Position numbers and translations under genes: made by a program | The notes under the pieces: generated by a model | Database searches by the model: none | What the model was told of the DNA's origin: nothing | Seen by the model: only the letters and a program-made list of their open reading frames with translations | Origin: Syntrophomonadaceae bacterium | GTDB taxonomy: Bacteria; Bacillota; Dethiobacteria; DTU022 | Direction: 5' to 3' | NCBI GenBank assembly: GCA_007119965.1 | Contig: SKOR01000039.1 | Span: 3,157-67,156, forward strand | Length of the DNA stretch: 64,000 bases | Shown here: positions 54,709 through 63,356 of the stretch, one piece after another | Layout of the letters: each line of letters starts with the position of its first letter | How positions within the stretch are numbered: the stretch's first letter is position 1

Positions 54709-56776
54709 CGGAAAAGTGTTGGATGTAGATAACCTGACTGTAACCTATATGACCGAAAAAGGACCTTTAGATGTTGTGCGCAGCGTATCCCTGCAAATTG
54801 CACCCGGTGAGATCTACGGCCTGGTCGGCGAATCAGGCTCCGGCAAAACCACTTTAGCAAGGGCAGTAGTGCGCTACCTGCCCTCAAATGGGAAGATCAC
54901 CGGCGGCACGGTCAGCCTGTCGGGTACAGACTTGAGCACCCGGTCCCAAAAAGAGATCCGCGGCATCTGGGGTTCGCGGATGACTATGGTCCACCAGGAC
55001 CCGAATGCCGCGATTAACCCGTCGATGATGATCGGCGAGCAGATTGCTGAAATGACCCGCACCCACATGGGGTTGTCCAGAAAGGAATCGCGTGAGCGGG
55101 CTCTCGAGATGCTGAACAAGGTGCGTATGCCCGATCCTGAATCAGTAGCCAGGCGCTATGCCCACCAGCTCTCAGGCGGTATGCTACAGAGGGTGCTGAT
55201 TGCCACGGCAATGGCCACCAACCCTGAATTTATAATTATGGACGAGCCGACTACCGCTTTAGATGTCACCACCGAAGCGGTGATTTTAGACTTAATTCAT
55301 GAACTGATGGACGAATACAATACTGCCATCCTGTTTATCACCCACAACCTTGGTGTGATAGCGAGAATATGCGACCGGATCGGCGTTTTATATGCCGGCG
55401 AAATTATGGAAGAAGGGCCGATTCATGATGTTTTCAAAGCAAGGCTGCATCCTTACACCCGCGGCCTGTTAGGCTGCGTGCCCAGGGTGGATGCCAACAA
55501 AAAGGAGATTAGCTTAAGCGCCATCCCCGGCTATATCCCCCGTCCCGACGAACTGCCCGAAGGTTGTATTTTCGGCCCCCGCTGCGAGCTGGTCGAAGCG
55601 GCCTGCCGCGAAGCGCGTCCCCCGGTAGTCTCGGTCGGCCCGGATCACCTGAGCGCCTGCCGTCGCCATGAAATACTCAGGGACAGGTCCGAAAAGGCGG
55701 ACGAGACACGCGAGGAAACAATCGGAGATGAGCTCGGCCATATTGTCCTGGAAGCGCGAAACATTAAGAAGTATTTTCCTTTTTCTGGGGGCTTAGGTTC
55801 GATCTGGCAGCGCAGGCGCAGCGAGCTGAAAGCGGTAGATGATATTTCCGTACGGATGCGCAGCTCTTTTACAATGGGAATTGTTGGAGAATCGGGCTGC
55901 GGCAAGACTACCCTGGCGCGCTGCATAGCAGGCCTTGAAGAAGCTACCGCGGGCGAGATAGAACTGGAAGGCCAATTGCTGGATTACTCGGTGAATAAGC
56001 GGCCTCGCGCTATCCTGCAGAAAATCCAGATGGTCTTTCAGAACCCGGATGCGTCTTTAAACCCGCAGCACCCGGCCGGGGACAGTGTGGCCAGGCCTCT
56101 GATTCTGCTGCGCAATATGGACAGAAAGCAGGTCCGGGAAAAAGTAGCCGAGCTGTTTAAGGCAGTCAGCCTGCCAGCTGACTACATCGACCGCCTGCCG
56201 CATGAACTGAGCGGCGGTGAAAAACAGCGTGTGGCGATTGCCCGGGCTTTTGCTGCCGATCCGGCCCTGATGATCTGTGACGAACCGATTTCTTCGCTGG
56301 ACGTTTCGGTCCAGGCTTCCCTGATGAATCTGCTGGCCGAACTTCAGGACAAATCGAAGACCTCTTATCTCTTTATATCGCATGATCTTGCAGCAGTGCG
56401 CCACATTTCGGACTGGATAGCTGTGGTTTACCTGGGGCGTCTCTGGGAAATAGGTTCGGCGGAAGATGTTTTTATTCCACCCTATCATCCTTATACAGAG
56501 GCGCTGCTATCAGCAATACCCATTCCAGATCCCGACATCAGGCAGGATCGCATCCGGCTCAAAGGCAGCGTGCCTAGCTCGCTGAATATTCCCCCGGGCT
56601 GCCGTTTCCATACCCGCTGCCCCCGCAAAGTCGGCGAAATCTGCGAGACAACGGAGCCGCCCTGGCAGGATATGGCCGACGGCCACCGAATCTGCTGCCA
56701 TATCCCCCTGGAAGAGCTAAAAGAGCTGCAGGGTGACGGGCTGCTGAAAACAGCAGGCCTAAGGGGGAATAACTGA
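54698..56776 (+). CDS. fused double ATP-binding protein of a peptide-type ABC transporter (DppD-DppF fusion)
   Basis: Two complete cassettes are present: GESGSGKTT/LSGGMLQR/IIMDEPT and GESGCGKTT/LSGGEKQR/MICDEPISSLD. ATG 54698 lies 8 nt after GGAGG. Confidence 0.9.
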   Translation: MMDNGKVLDVDNLTVTYMTEKGPLDVVRSVSLQIAPGEIYGLVGESGSGKTTLARAVVRYLPSNGKITGGTVSLSGTDLSTRSQKEIRGIWGSRMTMVHQDPNAAINPSMMIGEQIAEMTRTHMGLSRKESRERALEMLNKVRMPDPESVARRYAHQLSGGMLQRVLIATAMATNPEFIIMDEPTTALDVTTEAVILDLIHELMDEYNTAILFITHNLGVIARICDRIGVLYAGEIMEEGPIHDVFKARLHPYTRGLLGCVPRVDANKKEISLSAIPGYIPRPDELPEGCIFGPRCELVEAACREARPPVVSVGPDHLSACRRHEILRDRSEKADETREETIGDELGHIVLEARNIKKYFPFSGGLGSIWQRRRSELKAVDDISVRMRSSFTMGIVGESGCGKTTLARCIAGLEEATAGEIELEGQLLDYSVNKRPRAILQKIQMVFQNPDASLNPQHPAGDSVARPLILLRNMDRKQVREKVAELFKAVSLPADYIDRLPHELSGGEKQRVAIARAFAADPALMICDEPISSLDVSVQASLMNLLAELQDKSKTSYLFISHDLAAVRHISDWIAVVYLGRLWEIGSAEDVFIPPYHPYTEALLSAIPIPDPDIRQDRIRLKGSVPSSLNIPPGCRFHTRCPRKVGEICETTEPPWQDMADGHRICCHIPLEELKELQGDGLLKTAGLRGNN

Positions 56777-57723
56777 TGGGCCCCTACCTGATAAGAAGAT
56801 TTGGTTTTATCCTGCTGACCCTGTTTCTGGCCTCGTTGATTATCTTTTCGATCACCCAGTTTCTGCCCGGTGATATTGCCCAGGTTATTTTGGGGCAGTT
56901 CGCCACCGAAGCGGCCATAGCGAACCTGCGTGAAGAGCTCGGTTTGAATGATCCCCTGCACATGCAGTATCTAAATTGGGCCGGAAACTTTATTCGCGGC
57001 GACTGGGGCGATTCCCTGGTCAGCCGAACGCCGGTCCGTCCGATCGTCACCCAGCGTCTCGTTAACTCGGCCATGCTGGCGGGCCTGGCCCTATTGATTT
57101 ATGTGCCCCTGGGGATAATTTTAGGGGTGATTGCCGCCCTGAAACGGGATAAACTGCCCGATCAGCTGATCACCGGAGTTTCAATGGCTTTCGTCGGCCT
57201 GCCCGAATTTGTAAGCGGGCTGCTGCTGATTAGCTTTTTAGCCATCGGGTTGGGCTGGTTCCCGGCCAACTCATCGATCGACCCCGATTCGACTTTTCTC
57301 GAATCGCTGCCCTACCTGATCCTGCCCGCGATTACGGTTAGTTTGACCGGCCTGGGCTATATTGCCCGGATGACCCGCTCGGGAACCATCGATGTTCTGC
57401 GCGCCGATTATGTTCGTGCGGCAGAATTAAAAGGGCTCTCCGGCCGGTCGGTCCTGATCCGGCACGTTCTGCGCAATTCGCTTTTACCTACAGTGACCGT
57501 TGTGGCCATGGGGATCGGCTGGCTGCTTGGCGGCTTGATCGTTACCGAGGCGGTTTACGGTTATCCCGGCCTCGGGAGGCTGCTGGTTTACGGTATCCAG
57601 CGCCAGGACCTGCCCATTATCCAGGCCGGATCGATGATCGTGGTCGCCGTTTACAGCCTGTCGAACCTGGCAGCAGATATCCTTTACGGGTTGCTAAACC
57701 CGAGGATTCGAGTCGGAAAGTGA
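56776..57723 (+). CDS. ABC transporter permease (DppB-like)
   Basis: The N-terminus MGPYLIRRFGFILLTL and the EAA-loop YVRAAELKGLS. The start overlaps the upstream stop. Confidence 0.9.
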   Translation: MGPYLIRRFGFILLTLFLASLIIFSITQFLPGDIAQVILGQFATEAAIANLREELGLNDPLHMQYLNWAGNFIRGDWGDSLVSRTPVRPIVTQRLVNSAMLAGLALLIYVPLGIILGVIAALKRDKLPDQLITGVSMAFVGLPEFVSGLLLISFLAIGLGWFPANSSIDPDSTFLESLPYLILPAITVSLTGLGYIARMTRSGTIDVLRADYVRAAELKGLSGRSVLIRHVLRNSLLPTVTVVAMGIGWLLGGLIVTEAVYGYPGLGRLLVYGIQRQDLPIIQAGSMIVVAVYSLSNLAADILYGLLNPRIRVGK

Positions 57724-58198
57724 GGTGTCCCGGAACATAAACGGAGAACAATGCAAAAGTTGCCTGCTTCAGCGGTGAGCTGAATTGGAATAACCCGCCT
57801 GACTTCTGATCGCGAGCTCGGGCCGGATCGAATTCTTGAACAACGTTTTTCCGATCTGGAAATGCCGGCCTTCTAAGATAAAATTGAGATTAGTTTTCGA
57901 TTTGGAAATGGACCGGGTTTATAAATAATGAAGGAAATGGACCTGCCTGTCCACAGTGCAGTTGCAATAACCCTTCGGGACACGAGCCGCTTCGATTCAG
58001 GCCTGGTGGAAAGAGGTGCCGACCGCTGTGTTCAAAAGGCACTCGAAAAAAACCGCCTTTTACTGCTCATGCAGCAAACCCGGCCGAGTTTGTTCAGACG
58101 ATTGACCCGGCCTGGTATTTCGAACAGATCTCCGGCGTACGCCGGCTGATAGGATATATAAAATAACAGCATAGAATAATTTAACGGAGGTAAACTAT

Positions 58199-59650
58199 AT
58201 GTCGTTTTCTGTACATGCCCTGCCCCGTATTCAGCTTTTCAGCAGTGAACAGTGTGAGGCGCTTCACCTTGCCACACTGGATATTTTGAGAAGGACCGGG
58301 ACACGGGTCTACCACCCCGAAGCCCTGCACCTCCTGCAGGAAGCAGGGGCAACTGTAAGTGATGATACGCTGGTCCGTTATCCGCCGTCTCTTGTAGAGT
58401 GGGCCCTGAAGCAGGCTCCTTCTACTGTTGCGCTATGCAAGAGGGGCAGCAGAAGGGCGGCGCTCAAACTGGAAGCGATGAATGTTGCTTTCGGGACAGG
58501 TTCGGATTGCTGCAACTACCTCGATCCCCGTACGGGTGAGCAGCGTCTCTTCACAACAGACGACATTATTGACTGCATCCACCTGGTTGATGCCTGTGAC
58601 AATCTTGATTTTTGCATGTCCATGGGGATCCCTTCAGACTTATACAGGAATGATCCCTACCGGTACCAGTTTTCGCTGCTCATTCAGAATACCTCGAAGC
58701 CGATTGTCTTTGTGGCCGGCAGCCGGGAAGACTGTGAAGCAATCGTTGCCATGGCTGCTGCTGCAGCCGGCGGGTTTGCTAACTTGAGATTAAACCCCTC
58801 GATCCTATGCTACAGCCAGGTAACCACCCCCCTGGTCCATAATCGGGATTCAACCGCCAAGCTGCTTTACCTGGCTGAAATTGGCATACCCATAGTCCAC
58901 CAGCCTTCTCCGATGATCGGGGGCACTGCACCGATGAGCATGGCCGGGGCCCTGGCGATCGGCAATGCTGAAATGCTTTCCGGGATGGTTATCCACCAGC
59001 TGAAGCAGCAGGGAGCACCGTTCCTCTACGGCGGTGGGCAGCACCACATGGACATGCAGACAACTATCAGCGTTTACGGCGCTCCGGAATTTGATCTGCT
59101 AAGGGTGGCGGTTGCAGAAATGGCCCGCTATTACAACCTGCCCGGCTGGGGCTATGCCGGCTGCACCGACAGCTGCGTTTTCGATGAGCAGGCGGCAGCC
59201 GATGCCACAGCATCGATCATGACCGCCTTACTCAGCGGTCAAAACCTGGTCCATGATATTGGCTACATGGAAGCCGGCCTTACTATTTCACCTGAAATGA
59301 TTCTCTTCTCCGATGAAATAATCGGCAGGATGAGATCTTTCTCCCGTGGAATCTTTCTCGACGCAGAATCATTTGCTTTAGACCTGATTGACGAGGTAGG
59401 TCCGGGCGGCACCTTCCTGACCACTGAGCATACTTTCCAACATTTTCGCGATTTCTGGCAGCCCGCTTTCTTTAACCGCCACCGCAGGGGCGAGTGGGTT
59501 AGTTCGGGCAGCCGGCGCATGAATGACCGGATCAGGGAAAAAACAATCGCTATTATGGAATCCCATCAACCGGAAGCGCCGCCTGATTATCTGCGCGAAG
59601 AGGTTGCTTATATCATGAGCCAATCGGAAAGTTTTAAAAGAGGAGCTTAA
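58199..59650 (+). CDS. MttB-superfamily (non-pyrrolysine) methyltransferase, paralogue 2
   Basis: SEQCEALHLATLDILRRTG, SQVTTPL, GGGQHHMDMQTT and GYMEAG are present, with no in-frame TAG. ATG 58199 follows ACGGAGG at good spacing. Confidence 0.88.
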   Translation: MSFSVHALPRIQLFSSEQCEALHLATLDILRRTGTRVYHPEALHLLQEAGATVSDDTLVRYPPSLVEWALKQAPSTVALCKRGSRRAALKLEAMNVAFGTGSDCCNYLDPRTGEQRLFTTDDIIDCIHLVDACDNLDFCMSMGIPSDLYRNDPYRYQFSLLIQNTSKPIVFVAGSREDCEAIVAMAAAAAGGFANLRLNPSILCYSQVTTPLVHNRDSTAKLLYLAEIGIPIVHQPSPMIGGTAPMSMAGALAIGNAEMLSGMVIHQLKQQGAPFLYGGGQHHMDMQTTISVYGAPEFDLLRVAVAEMARYYNLPGWGYAGCTDSCVFDEQAAADATASIMTALLSGQNLVHDIGYMEAGLTISPEMILFSDEIIGRMRSFSRGIFLDAESFALDLIDEVGPGGTFLTTEHTFQHFRDFWQPAFFNRHRRGEWVSSGSRRMNDRIREKTIAIMESHQPEAPPDYLREEVAYIMSQSESFKRGA

Positions 59651-59714
59651 AAACAGGTAGGGGCGTGCGGCAGCCCGGTTAAGGCCTGATAAACCCAGGG
59701 AAAGGAAGTTATCC

Positions 59715-62006
59715 ATGATCAGATCAATAACAGCGCCCGATCCAAAACAGGCGCCTGCCTCTGGCTGTTTTCCCGGGATCGATTATGATCAGAATCCCGA
59801 AGTGTGGGCCAAGGCTGCAGGCAGGGCTGTTTACGGAACAGATCTTAAAATGCCGGGTATGCTGTACGGAAAAATACTGCGCAGTCCCTGCCCCCATGCC
59901 AGGATCAAAAAAATTGACACCGCGGCGGCGGAGGCAATGCCGGGGGTGCGGGCTGTGCTTACGGGAGAAGGCCTGGGCTGCAAACCCTTCGGAATTGTTG
60001 TTGATGATGAATTGCCCCTGGCCGTTGACAGGGTGCGCTACATCGGAGATGAAGTAGCCTGCGTCGCTGCAGTGGATCTGCAAACTGCAGAACGGGCCGT
60101 TCAGTCGATCAGGGTTGAATATGAAGAACTCCCTGCCGTTTTTTCACCTGCAGAGGCCCTGGAGGAAAATGCTCCGCAGCTGCACAGGGATTTCCCGGGA
60201 AATGTTGCCTGGCAGAGAAATATCTCACGAGGCGACAGCGAAGCGGCCTTCCGGGAGGCAGACCATGTAGTGGAAAATACTTTTACCGTCCCTGCGGTCC
60301 ATCCCACTTACCTTGAACCGATTTCCTGCGTGGCGGAAAGCGACCGCTGTGACGGGCTGGTTTTACATACCGCCCTGCAGTCTCCTGACAGTGTCAGGGC
60401 TATAGTCGCTAAAGTTTTGGAACTGCCTCTTTCCCGGGTGCGCGTTATCGGCCCGGTGATGGGCGGCGGTTTCGGGGGCAGGGTTTACGGAAACCTGAAA
60501 CTTTATATTTTAAGTTCCCTCCTGGCCATGAAAACCGGCTGGCCGGTCAAGATGCAGCTGACCCGTGAAGAAGAATTTACCGTCGGGCGCCCCATGATAG
60601 CTGCTGAATTAAAAATGAAAATGGCCCTGCGCAGTGATGGGACGATCCTGGCCCGCGAAGCGGAGATCATTACCGATAACGGTGCCTACAGCGCCCAGGC
60701 ACCCTGGGTTTCGAACACAATCTCCGAGCGCAATGATTCTGTCTACCGTATTCCAGCAGTTAAAACAGGTGTGCGCCTTGTCTATACCAACAAAGTGCCC
60801 ACCGGCCAGTACAGGGCTTACGGCAACCAGGCAGCAAATTTCGCCACCGAATCCTTAATTGATATGGCTGCTAAAAAACTCGGTATTGACCCGCTTGATT
60901 TACGTTTAAAGAACTGCATCCGCGAAGGTGATGTCAGTGTGCACGGTTTGCAGATCAACAGGTGCGCCCTGGACGAGTGCCTGAAAGCCGCAGCAAAAAA
61001 AATCGGCTGGGACCGGAAAAAAGCAGGGCGTGGTTATGGCCTCAGTGCGGCGATCCACGCTAACGGGAGCCTGATATTTAACAAAAAATTCCGGGGGGCT
61101 GCAGCACAGGCCCGCCTTGAACTGGATGGCAGGGTTACTGTTTTTACAGGCGAGCAGGACTACGGCCAGGGAGCCCATGCCGCTTTTGCCCGTATTGCAG
61201 CAAAAGCGCTCGGCCTTAATCCTGATTTAATTACCGTTCAGTCAAGGGATACCATGCACTCTCCCTATTCACTGGGAGCCCTGGCCATGCGCCAGACGAC
61301 CATCGGGGGCAAAGCGGTTCAACTGGCGGCTGAAAACCTGAAAGAAAAGATTGTTCAACTGGCAGTTTCGCTCTCGGGTGAGCCGGCAACAATGGAAAAT
61401 GGCGTTGTCAGGGGTTCTTCAGGCATGGTTTTTGATCTTGCCGCTATTGCTTACGATTACCACAGCCAGACCAGCGGGCTCAGCCTGCTCGGCGAAGGAA
61501 AATATGTCCCCGAAAAAAGCGATTACGACGACAGCGGTTACGGTAATATATCTGTAACATATTCTTTTGCCGCCCACGCTGCTGAAGTGGAAATTGATCG
61601 GGACACCGGGGCCCTGACAGTGCACCGTATTGTGGCTGCCCATGATTCGGGCCGGATCGTAAACCAGGTATCGGCACGCGGGCAGGTCTACGGGGGGATA
61701 ACCCAGGGTCTCGGAATGAGCTGTTATGAAGGATACCTATTTGAAACAGGCCGGGTGGCGAATGCCTCGCTGGCTGACTATAAAATACCTACTGCCCTGG
61801 ATATTCCTGAAATTGAAGAGATTTTTATTGAGAATGAAGATCCGGCCGGTCCCTACGGGGCAAAAGGGTTGGGGGAAATAGTAATGGTCCCGGTCCTGGG
61901 GGCGATCGCCAATGCCGTTGCCGATGCGGCAGGGGAATGGGTAACCGACCTGCCGATTACTGCAGAAAAAATATACCAGGCCATGGCCGGATGGGAGTGT
62001 CAATAA
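59715..62006 (+). CDS. xanthine dehydrogenase/aldehyde oxidase-family molybdopterin-binding large subunit
   Basis: An a/b-hammerhead N-domain (GRAVYGTDLKMPGMLYGKILRSPCPHARI), GGGFGG, QYRAYGN, and the C-terminal GAKGLGE carrying the catalytic Glu. Confidence 0.88.
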   Translation: MIRSITAPDPKQAPASGCFPGIDYDQNPEVWAKAAGRAVYGTDLKMPGMLYGKILRSPCPHARIKKIDTAAAEAMPGVRAVLTGEGLGCKPFGIVVDDELPLAVDRVRYIGDEVACVAAVDLQTAERAVQSIRVEYEELPAVFSPAEALEENAPQLHRDFPGNVAWQRNISRGDSEAAFREADHVVENTFTVPAVHPTYLEPISCVAESDRCDGLVLHTALQSPDSVRAIVAKVLELPLSRVRVIGPVMGGGFGGRVYGNLKLYILSSLLAMKTGWPVKMQLTREEEFTVGRPMIAAELKMKMALRSDGTILAREAEIITDNGAYSAQAPWVSNTISERNDSVYRIPAVKTGVRLVYTNKVPTGQYRAYGNQAANFATESLIDMAAKKLGIDPLDLRLKNCIREGDVSVHGLQINRCALDECLKAAAKKIGWDRKKAGRGYGLSAAIHANGSLIFNKKFRGAAAQARLELDGRVTVFTGEQDYGQGAHAAFARIAAKALGLNPDLITVQSRDTMHSPYSLGALAMRQTTIGGKAVQLAAENLKEKIVQLAVSLSGEPATMENGVVRGSSGMVFDLAAIAYDYHSQTSGLSLLGEGKYVPEKSDYDDSGYGNISVTYSFAAHAAEVEIDRDTGALTVHRIVAAHDSGRIVNQVSARGQVYGGITQGLGMSCYEGYLFETGRVANASLADYKIPTALDIPEIEEIFIENEDPAGPYGAKGLGEIVMVPVLGAIANAVADAAGEWVTDLPITAEKIYQAMAGWECQ

Positions 62007-62875
62007 TGAGCTACCTGTACCCCTCATCCCTGGAAGAAGCGCTGGGCATCTTACGGGACGGCAGCGGCCGGGCCAGGGTTATAGCCGGGGCAACTGACAT
62101 TTTTTTGCAGCGCCTGCCTCACAGCCTGGTTGACCTGACCGCCCTGCCGGCATTGTCCGGGATAAAAGAAGAAAGCGGTTTGATTACCATCGGGGCGGCG
62201 GTTACCCACTCACAGGCGGCGGCTTCCCCTGTCATCCTGGCCGGGGCCCAGGCCCTGGCTGAAGGATGCGCCCGGGTCGGATCGCCGCAGATCCGCAATG
62301 CCGGGACCCTGGGCGGAAACATTGTCAATGCCGCCCCGGCTGCCGACGCGGCCGTCGCCCTGGCTGCCCTGGGTGCCAGGGCCCGGATAGTTGACATTAA
62401 AGGCTTGACCCGTGAAGAAGCGGTTGAAGATCTTTACAGGACACACAACCGCTCCCTGGTAGACAGCAGCTCCGAGATACTGGTTGAGCTGATCATCAAA
62501 TCATGCGGCATCAATGAAGGTTCCGCTTTTACACGTTTCGCTGCCCGCAACGCCCTCGCCCTGCCGCTGGTTAATGCCGCGGCCGCGGTTAAGGTTGAAA
62601 ACGGCCTGGTTAAAGAAGCCCGGCTGGTTGTCGCCCCGGTCAAACCGGCGCCGACCCGCCTGCAGCGGGCGGAAGAAATGCTGATCGGGATGCCTGTTAA
62701 CCGGGAGACCCGGCTGGCGGTTGAAAAAGCGGCCGCCTCGGAGGTTGAGGTGCGCAGCAGCCTGCTGCGCTGTTCGGCCCGCTACCGCCTTCATTTGGTC
62801 GGGGTCCTTGTTGGCCGGGCCTTAGAAACTGCGGCACAAAGAGCGCAGCAGAGGAAGAGAGGTAATGATTCTTGA
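62006..62875 (+). CDS. XDH-family FAD-binding (medium) subunit
   Basis: RVIAGATDIF and AGTLGGNIVNAAPAADA motifs. ATG 62006 overlaps the TAA of the large subunit. Confidence 0.85.
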   Translation: MSYLYPSSLEEALGILRDGSGRARVIAGATDIFLQRLPHSLVDLTALPALSGIKEESGLITIGAAVTHSQAAASPVILAGAQALAEGCARVGSPQIRNAGTLGGNIVNAAPAADAAVALAALGARARIVDIKGLTREEAVEDLYRTHNRSLVDSSSEILVELIIKSCGINEGSAFTRFAARNALALPLVNAAAAVKVENGLVKEARLVVAPVKPAPTRLQRAEEMLIGMPVNRETRLAVEKAAASEVEVRSSLLRCSARYRLHLVGVLVGRALETAAQRAQQRKRGNDS

Positions 62876-63354
62876 AACAGCAGATCATAATGTTCCAGTT
62901 AAACGGCGAACCGCTGGAGATTTATGCCGATCCTGCAGAAAGCCTGCTGGCAATACTCCGCGAAAAACTTGGTCTCTACGGAACCAAGGCCGGCTGCGGA
63001 AAAGGTGAATGCGGGGCCTGTACGGTCCTGGTAGACGATCAGGCTCAGAACTCCTGCCTTATCCCGGCCGGTAAGGTGCAGGGACGCAGGGTGGAGACCA
63101 TCGAAAACCTTTCACGGGGAGATGTCGTTCACCCGATCCAGGAAGCATTTGTTGAAAAAGGAGCTGTGCAGTGCGGCTTCTGCAGCCCGGGAATGATTAT
63201 GTCCGCTTACGCCCTGCTCAAAAGCAGTCCGCAACCCGCCCCTGAAGACGTAAAGACCGCCATTTCCGGAAATCTCTGCCGCTGCAGCGGTTACAAGCAG
63301 ATCGAGGAGGCAGTTTTATGCGCGGGGGATAAAATGAAAAACAGGGAGTCGTAG
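62872..63354 (+). CDS. XDH-family [2Fe-2S] (small) subunit
   Basis: CGKGECGACTV and CGFCSPGMIM....CRCSGY cluster motifs. The start is TTG 62872 (overlapping the upstream TGA) or ATG 62890. Confidence 0.88.
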   Translation: MKQQIIMFQLNGEPLEIYADPAESLLAILREKLGLYGTKAGCGKGECGACTVLVDDQAQNSCLIPAGKVQGRRVETIENLSRGDVVHPIQEAFVEKGAVQCGFCSPGMIMSAYALLKSSPQPAPEDVKTAISGNLCRCSGYKQIEEAVLCAGDKMKNRES

Positions 63355-63356
63355 TT

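Noticed and set aside
57950-58110. Possible Moco, cobalamin or THF riboswitch upstream of the mttB-xdh operon
   Set aside because: I could not find the diagnostic conserved cores (for example, there is no B12 box GCCACTG). Loose resemblance such as GAGCC...GGAAAGAGG is not enough. This needs a covariance-model scan.
57928-58149. 73-aa ORF in the mttB-2 upstream region
   Set aside because: It has no Shine-Dalgarno sequence, no recognisable domain and an Arg/Leu-rich composition. The region is better explained as regulatory DNA or RNA.
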